The notes below the pieces were generated by a model. The model was given only the letters and a program-made list of their open reading frames with translations, searched no databases and was not told the DNA's origin. A DNA stretch of 64,000 nt from contig NC_057711.1 in NCBI RefSeq assembly GCF_004010195.1, forward strand, positions 82,155,450-82,219,449, read 5' to 3'. Below are positions 24,681 to 37,300 of the stretch, one piece after another; the first letter of the stretch is position 1, and the number at the start of each line of letters is the position of its first letter. Made by a program: the position numbers and the translations under genes. Source of the stretch: Chiloscyllium plagiosum (lineage: Eukaryota).

Positions 24681-25327
24681 ACAGTGTTTTTGGTGTTTTT
24701 TTTCTGCTATTTCTGCAATGAGCAGATCATATATCGAGTTGTTTAATAACATTGCCCTTCAGGTGTATCCTCAAAGCAAATTCATCAATCTCCACAGCCT
24801 CCTAAAAACTAATTTGCACATAGCGGTTCCTTTTCAATTTGCACTTTAGCAAAATTTGTAAACTAATATCCATTTTCCAACAAGCCAACAGGTAACTTCA
24901 CAGCTCTAAATTAGTGTTCCACCAGTTTCTGTTCAATATAAAAGTATCCATTCAGATTTCTACAATAAGTTGTTTTGAAGTTTGAAATAAGTTGTACCAT
25001 TTACCATAATGCAAAAAAAAGTAGGTTCTCTTGCAACTTCCAAGTTCAAACTCTCAAGTCCAGAATTCTTATTTCCCTTGTATTTTACTGATCTCTGCAA
25101 GTTGTATTTGTTGTTTCTTAAGACCTAATTTCAGCGCTAGGACTTGAAGTTCCATTGGATATGTCGACGCTTGTGGGCAAAGTAGTGCAGTGGTTTGCTT
25201 TTGCTTTTTACATGACGGCTGACCACAAAATTCTCCTGCTCTTAACACCTGTCATCAAGCATTTTGGAAGAATTTACAGGCTGATAATCGACCTTTTTGG
25301 CTATGTTGCAATCACCTTTCATAACCA

Positions 25328-25402
25328 ACCAGTCCTAATGTGGGGCTCAAACTTGGGACTTCTGGCCCAGAGGTAGGGATGTTACCACTGTACCACACGT
25401 CT
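25328..25402 (-). mobile_element. Short tRNA-derived SINE head; related short copies on + at about 15700-15778 and 33258-33352
   Basis: gtggtacagtggtaacatccctacctctgggccagaagtcccaagtttgagcccca (A/B-box-like); the + copies share ctgaa(c/t)ag(g/a)ttgatta. Confidence 0.5.
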
Positions 25403-25560
25403 TGAGAGAAGATAAACAAGACCAAATGACATTTTTACTACTGCTTAGGTTCTGTTTGATGAAGTAGAGTAGTAACATTGTTCATGGATGCATATGTAGC
25501 TATCTTTCAAAATTTAAAGTGAAATTAATAAGTATTCTGAAGTGTTTTTCTTTTCAATAG

Positions 25561-25647
25561 CGGGGATGGAAATTTTATGATGCTGATGACTACCATCCTA
25601 AAGAAAACAAAGAAAAGATGGTGAACGGAATACCACTGGATGATGAG
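25561..25647 (+). CDS. IDNK: Gluconokinase coding exon 3 ([29 protein letters not shown])
   Basis: Acceptor tttttcttttcaatag, donor GAG|GTATAT; contains the gluconokinase motif GWxFxDADDYHPxENxxKMxxGxPLxD; phase 0 on both sides. Confidence 0.95.
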
Positions 25648-26399
25648 GTATATTTAATTACCTGTATCCAATCACTGTTTTACATATTGGTGGAAGTATT
25701 ACAGTTGCTTATCTTTACAAAATGAAAAGATATTTGTAAATTTGTACTTAATATTGATGCAGTTATTGCGCATTTTCTTGTCAAAGGATTTCCCAAGAAG
25801 CTACATTAATGCCCTTTTTTTTTGGTGGGATTTTAAATTTGCTGTAGTTTCTTCCACTTATCTGAACTTTTATCAACTTTTAGGTCTAAGATTTGAAAGT
25901 AAAAGCACAAACTCACCGTACAACTCTGTTCACTATTTTCTTCCATTTGTTTACAGGATGCAGTCATGGCTATCTAATTTAAAACATTTTGATTCCATGC
26001 CTTTTTCAAAGGAGCAAGAGATTCTGTCTGTACTAGTGTGATTTTAAAAGTATTTATCTTTTAAAAGGTTGTTACATACAAAACACAGAATAGTCTCATC
26101 TTGAGTGAGGTAGATTTTGCCATTGGTTTTTAAAGCCCATTGATAGGGTTGCCTCCTGTTAGACAGAGAAGACTCCAGAGGAACGCAACAGGCCAATTAT
26201 AGTTGAAAACGTCAATTTGGGTTAGCAGTAGGGTCAGTGGTGATTTCTGATTCTAGGCATGGGCACAAATTCCAAGAGTTAGAAGGAATTTTCTAACACT
26301 GGTTAGGGAAGCAGTGGGTTGGGAGAAGGAACCACTCTTGATCTGCCTGAAATATAAGCAGCCCATACTTCCCTTTATTTCTTCTCCGTTTTTGCCTAC

Positions 26400-27165
26400 C
26401 TACTTTAACCAGACCTCATGATCCTGAAAACTTCTTTCAGATTGTCTTAGCCTTCTCTCCAAGGAGAACAGTCCCAAACTCTTCTTACTATCCTCATAAC
26501 TAAAGTTTGTCCTTAAACCATATTTTGTTTTTAAAGTTTCTGATGCATTCACATCTTTCCTATAGTGTAGCACATGAACTGTAAACAATAGTGTAGCTGA
26601 GGTCTAACAAGTGTCTTATACAAAATCAGTATCACCTCCTTGTTCTTGTACTATAACTTCTATTGATAAAGTCCAGGATACTGAATGCTTTATTAACTGA
26701 TGTCCCCACCTATTTTGCCACCTTCAATAATTCATCTAAATCCCTGTGCTCTTGCACCTCATTAAGTTTAAGAAAAAATAAGGTTTCCAATACTAACCCC
26801 TGGGAAAACTCAACGACAAACTGCTCTCCAGGATGCAAAATGTCTGTTGACTCTTTCTACTTCCCATTTTTCAGCCAATTTGTATCCAAGTTGGTACTGC
26901 CCCTTCTATCACTTAAGATGCAACTTTGCCTACTATGTGGCACAATTTCAAGTATCTTTTGAAAGTCTGTGTGTACCGTATCAACATAATTACCCTCATC
27001 AACCCTGTTAGTTATCTATTCAAACCACAATTTCCTCTTTTGGATATTCATACGGAGAGTCCCTAAATTAGCAAGCTTTTTCCCGTATGGCTACTAATTC
27101 TAAAATTAAACTGACTGGACTGTAATTACTTACTGGACTTATGCTTACAATCTTCTTGAAATAAA
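26400..27165 (-). mobile_element. Old CR1 fragment in IDNK intron 3
   Basis: HYRKDVNA.E, FSYED....LGLFSLERRLR on minus. Confidence 0.7.
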
Positions 27166-27628
27166 TTTCCTTTATAAAACTACAATATGTTTGAGACTTG
27201 TGTATTATGGTAGACATAACGGCTTAATTGCAGTGAAGTATTAGAATTAATGTAAATATCTGGAACTTATGAGCAAATGTAATGACGGTCCTTTTATTCA
27301 TAAGCCTTTTCTCAAGTGGTGCCATAATTGTGGAACAGTGTTAACGCACACCTGGTTTTCAAAATCTCAGCTGGCAGAGAAAAGACAACTTGTTGGAATG
27401 TGGGAAAATTGCAAGAATGATTTGACCCTGTGCATCTTCTGGGAGCCAACTGCAGTGATTTAGGAGAGCCATTTTACTTGACTATACCATTTTGTACTCA
27501 AACACTGAATGGGAAATTGAGAGAAAAATAACATTTATTTCCCAAGTTTCTTTTTTTCAAAAGAAAATTGTATAAATAAAACTTGTACCATCCCAATTTT
27601 TTAAGACACTTGTTTCTGTTGGTCATAG

Positions 27629-27672
27629 GATCGAATCCCCTGGTTGTGCACTTTGCATGAAATATTAATGAG
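27629..27672 (+). CDS. IDNK: Gluconokinase coding exon 4 (DRIPWLCTLHEILM plus first two bases of R)
   Basis: Acceptor ggtcatag|GAT, donor AG|GTAAAC; DRxPWL motif. Confidence 0.94.
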
Positions 27673-27950
27673 GTAAACTGAAAATTTTAATTTTTTTTGT
27701 CAAATAAGATTAGAGTTAAGTAATGGAGCAAAAGTAGACATTAACCATAAATTTGTGCATATGTTATCTGATCAGATGAGTAAATTCTGTAAATAATAAG
27801 CTTTTCGTGCTTGACCTTCAATTACAAAATACTTTAGTTCAGTACTGATGAAATTTTGTAATGTGGTGAAGCGTGATGGATGTAGATCTTGCATTTATTT
27901 GTAGATTTGAATATTTATTCATGATGAGTAACAATTATATTTAACAATAG

Positions 27951-28299
27951 GGAAATTTCATTTGGAGAAAACGTGATCCTTGCTTGCTCTTCTCTGAAAA
28001 GAATGTATCGAAGAATTCTGACTGGTGAGCAAAGTGCTGTCAACAGAACTTTAAAAGAGAACGAGGAGCGATCACAACTTGGCTGCAGCAAGAACATCTT
28101 GTTTGTATATCTTCATGGCCCCATACAATTGATTACTAAGAGGTTAGACAGTAGAAAAGGACATTTCATGTCACCTTCTTTGCTACAATCTCAGTTTGCC
28201 ACACTAGAGCCACCGGAAGGTACTGAGAATTTCATTAATATTAGTATTGAGAACAGCATTTCAGACATAGTGACTGAGATTGAAAGACATTTAGGTTAA
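27951..28299 (+). CDS. IDNK: Gluconokinase final coding exon ((R)EISFGENVILACSSLKRMYRRIL...LFVYLHG...RKGHFMSPSLLQSQFATLEPP...ERHLG*)
   Basis: Acceptor caatag|G; overlaps ORF 27973..28299; motifs ACSxLKxxYR and R.GHFM..LLQSQF.TLEPP; the joined CDS is 549 nt with no internal stop. Confidence 0.96.
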
Positions 28300-28350
28300 A
28301 ATTTTTTGTTTGAGGTCAGCAGAAAGCAATGGCTGCACTGTACTGATAGG

Positions 28351-28928
28351 AATAAATGTTCCATATCACTAATTGCCAGTTATATTGTGACATGCAATTA
28401 ATAGAGTGTACAGTGGCATTAAAAAAATTCCCATACATAAAACCTTAAAGACACCTCAGTAATTCACTGGGCAGTAGAAGTTGCAATTAACTTGTATCAT
28501 ACAAATCACATTCTCCAGCCAGCACCAGCATCCAGTAGTATTGGTAAATCAAAACTGATAGTCAATCCATTGCATTTTGGAGTATTAGTAGTGATTGAAT
28601 GAAAAAAGGTCTTGACATAGGAAGATTAGCCTTTGGTTTGTTTGATTGTGAGCAGAAGGAAAAAGAGTCAACAAGTTCTTCTCCAAACACTTCAGACTGA
28701 TAATTGATACTTGTGACATCGACAGGAGTTAGCAATTCTGGTTGGATACCATCTACACACAATCGTAATATTTAATTTTGGACTGCTCTGTTTTAAACAA
28801 TCAATTAATGACCTGATTTTAAGATTGTTTAATGTTCAGACTTAATTTATCTAAATATAATGAAATACTTCTGCAGTGGTTTGAAAATCTGACAAGTTCA
28901 AAGTTCCCTTCTTAATAAAGCAAATAAA
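28351..28928 (+). promoter_or_regulatory. Candidate IDNK polyadenylation signals (AATAAA at 28351, 28914 and 28923)
   Basis: Canonical hexamers downstream of the stop codon, in unique sequence before the next repeat; usage unknown. Confidence 0.45.
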
Positions 28929-28977
28929 AGAACCATCCACATTTCCCACTACCATGAACACAATGAGAAAATGTTGC

Positions 28978-31900
28978 GCAGTAATGATGTTACTGGACTA
29001 AAATTCAGCAAATCAAGCAAATTCTCTGGGGACATCAGTTTAAATGTAATCGTGGCAACATTGGTGGAATTAAACTTAATAAATCCAGATTTTTTTTGTA
29101 AATATATTTATTAGCAAATATTTTAACTTTACAAACATATAAACTTATTGAAAAATACAATCAATAACAAATATCAGTATAATAAAAAAAAGTTACAATA
29201 CAGCTACTGTCTACTAACTAGTAACCTACCCTATAATACAAAACAAACCCTAACACTGTGCAAAGCAACACCAAAAAAAATGCAAAAATCCCCAAAAAAA
29301 CACATAATACAGAACAGCTATGCTCAACGCAAAGCTCCCAAACAAAGGAACAGGAGCATTGTATATACACCCGTATTAACTCAGGAGATCCCCCTCCAGG
29401 GCCCACAGCTTGACAAATCTAACCATCCTGGTTAAACAAACACCCTTGTTAAGATAACTGACAAATTTATCTCCAAATAACTCAATTAGGGCTGCCATGT
29501 CTTATAAAAATGATCTGTTGTGTGGTGCACCGTGTTTGTAAAAAAAAAAAAGTCCAAGGGAATGTGCTCCATAATTAATTTCTGCCACCCCAGCAAGCCT
29601 GGCAGGTTCTCAGACACCCAATTCATCAGAATATTCTTCCGTGCACAGTATGCAAGAAAATAATTTCTTCCCATGCCCATCTAAAGATGGTAAATTTGGT
29701 AGACCTAAGAGGAGAGATATTGGGTCTACTTTGACTTCAGTCCTCAATACACTCTGTATCTCTCCTGCCACAGCGCTTCAGTAAACACTGAGTCTGTGGC
29801 ATGTCCAGAAGCAATGGGTAAGAGTACCTACACTTATTTTACATTTGGGGCACACTGAAGATGCCCCTTTTTTAAACTTCGCCAGACAGTCTGGTGCCAG
29901 ATGAACCCTGTGCAGAATTTTTAACTGTGTAGCACATGTCCTATTACAGATTGCGATCTTTCTAGTATTCTCCCATATGTTCTTCCATGTTTCAGAAGAG
30001 CTCTCCACTCCTAACTCTTGCTCCCAGACCTCACGTAACAAGTTAATATCCTGTTAGGCCTTGCCACCCAGCAGGCGATAGAGGGCCCTAACCAAAAGAG
30101 TGCTTGTGGAACGTAGCAATAACCTCTCCGTATCAGGCTGATAGGGCTTAGTGAGAAGCGTAGTCTTCTTATATCCCCTTTCAGAGACCCTTGAACCCCT
30201 CAGAGGGAGAACCCTGCTTTCAAAGCACCGAGCACAAGTAAGTAAAGACTCATAGAGTCAAAGAACTATATATACAAAAACTACTCTATCATAACTATAA
30301 ACAACTATTACTACCAAAAAACGACAAAGAAAACCAACTACAAAACCTTGACTGGAAGACTTTTCCCCCTACCCATAGAGGGCACTCACCCAACCCATCC
30401 CTCCTTCATAGCTCCTTCAAACCTGGACTGTGCCCCAGCCTTAGACCAGAAAAAAACACAAGGAGATGATCCTTAAAACAACAGAAAAAAGACAAAGTCA
30501 GGATGAGTACTCCACCCATCCCTGGCTTCATGTCACCCCTACTTGTGACTAAAAGAGAAACAGAACAAACAAAAAAAAAGGGGGAGAGACAACAAAGAAC
30601 ATCCACAAAATTTCCCATCAGAAAATCCAGTTATTAAAAAAAAGGAACAGCTTATTCCAAGGTCTTTTCCCCTCTTTCCAAAAAGGAAATTAATAGGGAG
30701 AAAGAAAGGAATAAAAAAAGGAAGGGAAAACATGGGGGAAAGATAGAAAAAAGAACAAACATTAACCGTATTCTTCAGGCCAATCCGTCGATTTTAAAGT
30801 GTCTACAAAGTTTTTAGCTTTATGCGCTGCATCGAGTGTATAAATTGAGTCCTCGTGGCTGAAATGGAGCACTGCGGGGTATCTCATGGAGTACTGGATG
30901 CCCAGGTTCCTCAGCCTCTTTTTAACTTCATCGAAGTTACAGCTGCAGAGAAATCCTGGGAAAACATGATTTTTGACCCCTTGTACAGCAGCGCCTGTGG
31001 ATCTTTTCCCAGGGATCTGGAAGCATCTATGACTTTTTGCTTGTCCTTATGAGTGGAAGTGCACTAGCACTGAGCAGGGGGGTGCTGCACTGGGCCTGAC
31101 CTGTGCACTGTAACCCGATAAGTCTTTTCAATCTGCAGCCTGCTGGACTCATTGCGAAATCCAAAAAACTTCGGCAGCCAGCTTTCAAAGAAGCTGACTG
31201 ACTGCTCACCTTCCTCACCTTCAGGGAGCCCAACAATTCGGAGATTTATCCTCTGACCTCAATTTTCAAGTTCATCGATATGGTCTCGCAAGGCCTGCAC
31301 CTCTCACTCCAGCACCTGGATCCGACTGCACGAGGACTCCATCTCAGCTTCTGAGGCCTTAGTTCGACCCTCCACCTCCTCGAGCCTCTCCCTGAGGCCC
31401 TGGATCTCCTGTTCGTGCTTCTGCAGCATGGATGTGATAGGTTGGACCTGGGCACGAATCTCCCCACGGATCTCCTCAATCACAGCCCCAACCTTCGAGG
31501 TAAGTCTCTCTATCGCAGCAGTCAATTCCTGTGAGTCTGTCAGGTCCCTGGGGGGTTCAGGAGAGGCTGCTGCTGCTGCAGTCTATGGTGTGGTAGGTGC
31601 TGCAGGGGAGTGCCCTCCCTGCTGCTGTTTGCTCACTCCTTTTCCCTTTGGTATCCTTCCCACTCCCAAATATTAACAAATGTGTGTTCTGTAAGGTTTT
31701 AAACTAATAATTCCATCACATAAGTTGGCCAGGGATGGCAAAAAACACCAGTATGCCTTGGCTGTTAGGCAGACCCGTCCACAGCAGTTCTACAGAATCA
31801 CCGCCATCTTGCCATGTCCCCAAAAAATCCAGAATTTAAAAAAACTAGCCTCAGTAATAATGGTCAGAGCCTACTGGATTATTGTAAAACCCATTAAATT

Positions 31901-32000
31901 TACCGTTTGTCCTTTAGGGAAAATTCTACAGTCCTTATCCTGTCTGGCCGACATGCGACTGCAAAACCTACAGCAATGTTGTTGAATGTTCACTGACTGT
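28978..32000 (+). mobile_element. Second-family shark SINE split by an L1 insertion (pieces about 28978-29089 and 31825-32000)
   Basis: The two pieces are colinear with the reverse complement of 4533-4860. Confidence 0.6.
29090..31820 (-). mobile_element. L1-clade element with 5' end, ORF1, spacer and 3' end, missing most of ORF2
   Basis: ORF1 coiled-coil MLQKHEQEIQGLRERLEEVEGR; ORF2 C-terminus WEQELGVE...LKILHRVHLAP...CPKCK...HCFWTC; T-run at 29090; TSD AAATCCAGA at 29081-29089 and 31825-31833; no endonuclease or RT sequence. Confidence 0.88.
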
Positions 32001-32059
32001 TCCACAGCTTGGTCAAACCATGGACAAGAGAGTTGGATTCAAGACTTGGTTGTTTTTCT

Positions 32060-32350
32060 TTCATGGAATCTCTACAGTGTGAAAGCAGGCCTTCTGAAGA
32101 CTATCCCACTCAGAGCCCCCACCACATTTACCATGGCTAACCACATAACCTACACATCCCTGGACACTACAGAGAAATTCAGCATTGCCAATCCATCCAT
32201 CTTTGTGCTGAGAGAGGAAACTGGAGGAAACCCACACAGGCAGAGGGAGAATGTGCAGACTCCACACTGTCACCCAAGGCTGGAATCGAGCCTGGCTCCC
32301 TGGTGCTGTGAAGCAACAGTGCTAATCACTGAGCCACTATGCTACCCCAT
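32060..32350 (-). mobile_element. HE1-type SINE, diverged (a further fragment lies at about 32665-32825)
   Basis: Same head, core and tail motifs. Confidence 0.8.
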
Positions 32351-34329
32351 CCCTTACATAAATACAACATATAACAGGGAATAGCATCATAGAACCCAAG
32401 TAAAATTGAAGGCAACCGGGAATTGGAGAAAACTCTCCTTTTGCAGAAAGGTAGGTAGCCGTTATTATTTGATAGCAGTAATCTCATTTGGAGGATATCA
32501 CGCAGGGGTTCTTCAGTAGTGTCCAAACATCATCATCATAGTCTGACCTTCTCTATAAAGGTGGTAAGTGAGAATATATGACATTCAGTACCATTCACAA
32601 CTCTCCAGATACTGAAGCATATGCAAAAACACCTAAATGTTCCAGTTTAGGTTGATATAAAATCCCTATGTTACGGAAAGAGGCCATTCAGCCCATCGGG
32701 TCTGCACTGACTCTCAAGAGTATCCCCCTCCAGCCCTGTAACCCTGCATTTACAATGGCTTATCAACCCAGCCAGCGCATCACTGGACACTACCCAGGTC
32801 CTGGCATTATGAAGCAGCAGTGATGACAGATGTTGATTTCAATTCCTGGTCTTGAGGGTCTGACAGCATCGTCTTTGGGTACTCACATAACTGGCTTAGA
32901 TTTTCTCAGCTTCAAATAACTCCTTCAGGGTTCTAACCAAAAACCTGAGGTCTAGAACTTCCAAACTAAAATCCTTGCACTGACCAGACCTTTCTGAGCT
33001 AACTGTATGTTCCAGAGCTGATACAATGGATCCAGCTTCAACCAGAATGTCTTTGCATAGAACCCAAAATGCTTTCCAAGCTATAGATGTTTCTGTCAGC
33101 AAATCAAATTAATTCCTATTCCTTCTAACTGAAAGCAGACTAATGACCTTCAAGTCATTATTCTTTCTGTATTTCAAAAGCTGCCAAATTCCAATGAGAA
33201 AACCAGGAACATTGACTCATTTTGACTCGGAGATGTCACCAAGTCATTGAAAAGGTAGGGCTCTTGTGACATAGTGGGAGTGTCCCCACCTTCAAACCAG
33301 GGGGCTGTGCTCCAGAGGTGTTTCATAATAAACCTGAATAGATTGATTAAAACTATCCATCAATGAAATGGTTAGCACTATCTTGAGTGATGAAGGACTC
33401 AAAGTACTTTAACCTGATTTGTCCTGTTGCTCATTCTAGACCAGTTTATTTATGAGGGCACTTTGAGGCACAGGGACCATCCTGTTCAGGAAAGTGACTG
33501 TTTGCAATGTTAGTAATTCCAAAATAAAAAATACTGATTCAAAAGGTCTCCAGAAGGGAAGCAGATCAGCTGAAAACAAGGCTGTCCAATATAAAATTAA
33601 ACAAAAATGCAACCCTCAAACGTTGCTCACGTTTCTGACTGAAGCTCAACATACATGACCTCCATTTGATACATGCATTCTGACTCAGTGCAAGGCAATT
33701 AGTTTATTTTAGTTTATTTATCTCCATAAATAATGGAGATTTATCAAATGTCAATTTGACTTCAGGAGGGAAAGGTTTTTAATTAATCAATACAGGCTAG
33801 GTGAAGTTTGTTCATATTCCTAGGACTATAATACATTACAATTAATCAAGGTCTTACTTTCTAAAGTAAGGAACTCCTGCCCTTGTATTAATAGGGAACC
33901 CACTTTTAGACTAACATTTTCTACCATATGATTAAACAAAGGGTAATCCAGAAACAGACCAACAGGGGCATATTGTCAAATACTACTACAGAGTTCAAAA
34001 TCATCACTATTTGTTACTAGTTACTCGGAAAGTTTCAGATAGTTTCATATTTTAGCATATTTGATTTGGCTTCAGATGGTAATAGACAAGTTCTTTTGCG
34101 ACAACTTGCTTGAGGTGATTGAGCTAAATGCATCTTATAATGATAAGTTTTGTTTTTAAATACATTTTTGGTTCTTTCAGTTAAAACTTGTTTTAAAAAA
34201 TGCACAAGCCAGTGAATCATATGATCCATGTGTCTTTGATAATCAATGTTGTTTAGCGTCTTAAATGCTTACCTCTTCAATGATAGGATCAGTAAATTAA
34301 ACAAATGATTTTAATTGAAATGCACCAAG

Positions 34330-37300
34330 AGATGATCACCTTGTTGGGCTTGTTCTATAGAACTCCCAATAGTCAGTGGGAAATAGAGGCGCAAATTTGT
34401 AAGGACAGTTCAGTTATCTAAGAAGAACAGGGTGGTTATGGAAGGGATTTTAACTTTCCAAATATAGACTGGGACAGCCAGAGTGTTAAGTGCATGAATG
34501 GAGAGGAACCTGTTATGTTTAAAAAAAAAACTTTCTGATTCAGTACTTGAATGTACCTACTAGTGAAAAGCAAAACCTGACCCACTGTTGGGAAATAAGA
34601 CAGGGCAGGTGACTGAGGTGTCAGTGGGGGGAGCACTTTTGGGGCCAGGAATCTTAATTCTATTAGACTCAAAACAATGATGGAAAAGGATAGACCGAAT
34701 CGAAAAGTTAAAGTTCTAAATTGGAGGAAAGCCAATTTTGATGGTATTAGGCAGGAACTTTCAAAAGTTGATTGGGGGCAGACGTTCGCAGGTAAAGGGA
34801 CGGCTGGAAAGTTGGAAGCCTTCAGAAATTAGATAATGAGAGTCCAGAGGCTGTATGATCCTGTTAGGATGAAGGGTAAGTCTGGTGGTGTTGGGAATGC
34901 TGGATGACTAGAGAAATTGAGGCTTTCATCAAGAAAAACAAGGAAGCATATGTCAGGTATAGACAGCAGAGATCAAGTGAATCCCTAAAAGATTATAAAG
35001 GCAGTAGAAGTATACTTGAGAGGGAAATCAGGAGGGTAAAGTGGGACATGAGAGCATTTTGGCAAGTAAGGTTAGGGAGAATACAAAGGGATTCTACAAA
35101 TATATTAAGGACAAAAGGGTAACTAGGGAGAGAATAGGGGCCTTAAAAATCAGCAAAGCTGCCTATGTGTGGAACTATAGGAGATAAGGGAGATACCAAA
35201 TTAGTATTTTGCAACAGTATTTACTGTGGAGGAGGCTATGGAAGCTTGACAAATTGGGGAAATAAATAGTGACATCTTTAAAACTGTCAATTTTACAGAG
35301 GAGGTGGTGCTGGACATCTTGAAATGGATAAAAGTGGATAAATCCCTGGACCAGATCAGGTGTATCTGAGAACTTTGTGTTAGGGAAGTGATTTCTGGGC
35401 ATCATGCTGAGATATTTGTATCATCGATAGCCACAGGTGATGTGCCGGAAAACTGTAGGTTGGCTAACGTGATACCACTATTTAAGAAAGGTGGTAAGGA
35501 GAAGCCAGGGAACTATAGTCCAGTGAGCCTGACATCGGTGGTGGGCAAGTTGTTGGAGGGAATCTTGAGGGCCAGGATTTACATGTATTTGGAAAGGTTA
35601 GGACTGATTAGGGTTAGTCAACATGGCTTTGTGCTTGGGAAATCATGTCTCACTCACAACTGAGTTTTCTGGAGAAGATTGATGAATGCAGAGAGGTGGA
35701 TGTGATCTGTATGGACTTCAGTAAGGTGTTTGACAAAATTCCCCATGGGAGACTGGTTAGCAAGGTTAGATCACATGGAATACAGGGAGAACGCACCATT
35801 TGGATTCAGAACTGGTTTGAAGGTAGGAGACAGAGGGTGGTGGTGGAGGGTTGCTTTTCAGACTGGAGACTTGTGACCAGTGGTGTGCCACAAGAATCGC
35901 TACTGGGTCACTACTTTTTGTCGTTTATAAATGCTTTGGATGTGAACATATGAGGTATAGTTAATATGTTTGCAGATGACACCAAAATTGGAGGTGTAGT
36001 GGACAGCAAAGAAGGTTACCTCAGAGAATAACAGGACCTTGATCAGATGGGCCAATGAGCCGAGGAGTGGCAGATCGAATTCACTTTACATAAATTTGAG
36101 GTGCTGCGTTTTGGAAAAACAAATCAGGGCAGAACACATACACTTGATGGTAAGTTCCTGAGAACTGTTGCTAAACAAAAAGACTTTGAAGTGCAGATTC
36201 ATTGTTCATTTAAAGTCGAGTTGCAGGTAGATAGGATAGTGAAGAAGGCATTTGGTATGCTTGCCTTTATTGGTCAATGTTGAGAGTGTGTTGCTGGAAA
36301 AGCACAGCAGGTCAGGCAGCATCCGAGGAGCAGGAGAATCAACGTTTTGGGCATAAGGCCTTCATCAGGAATGAAGCTTGTGGATCGGGGCTGAGAGATA
36401 AATGGGAGGGGCTGGGATTGGAGGGAGGTGATAAGTCGGGGGGGAGTGATAGACAGGTCTGGAGTGAGGTGCCAAGTTGGAGGCTTGGGACTGAGATAAT
36501 GTGGGTGGAGGGGAAATGAGGAAGCTGTTGAAATCCACATTTATCCCGTGTGGTTGCAGGGTCCTAAGGTAGAATATGAGGGAGGTTCTTCCTCCAGGCA
36601 TCGGGTGGTAATGGTTTGGCGATGGAGGAGGCCCAGGACCTCCATGTCCTTGATGGAGTGGAAGGGGGTGTTGAAGTGTCCAGCCATGGAGTGGTGGGGT
36701 GGGGTGTGGGTGTCCCAGAGATGTTCTCTGGAACGATCCGCAAGAAGGCGTCCTGTATCCCCGATGTAGAGGAGACCATACCGGATGCAACAGATGCAAT
36801 AGATGACATTGGTAGAAGTACAGGTAAATTTCTGATGTGGAAGGATCCCTTGGAGCCTTGGATGGAGGTGAGGGGAGTGGTGTGGGCGCAGGTTTTACAA
36901 TACCTGCTGTAGCAGGGAAAGGTGCCAGGAGTGGGGTGTGGGCTGATGGGGGGTGTGGACCTGATGAGGGAGTTGCGAAGGGAATGGTCTTTCTGGAATG
37001 CTGATAGGGGTGGGGAGGGAAATATATCTTCGGTGGTGGGGTTCATTTGGAGGTGGCGGATGTAGCGGAGGATGATGCAATGTATGCAGCGGTTGGTGGG
37101 GTGGAAGGTGAAGACCAGGGGCATTCTGTCCTTGTTGCATTGGGGAAGTTGGGGTTCAAGGGCGGTGATGCGTGAAGTGGAGGAGATGCACTGGAGGGCA
37201 TTGTCAACCACGTGGGGAGGGAAGTTGCGATTGTGGAAGAAGGAGGCCATCTGAGACTTTCTGAGGTGGAATTGATCATCTTGTGAACAGATGCTGTGGA

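Noticed and set aside
25561..25563. Arg where Leu is usual (LGW) at the start of IDNK exon 3, as a sign of pseudogenisation
   Set aside because: Single substitution; all motifs, splice sites and the reading frame are intact.
33720..33741. Short hairpin ATCTCCAT-N5-ATGGAGAT
   Set aside because: An 8-bp stem is expected by chance in 64 kb; no supporting context.
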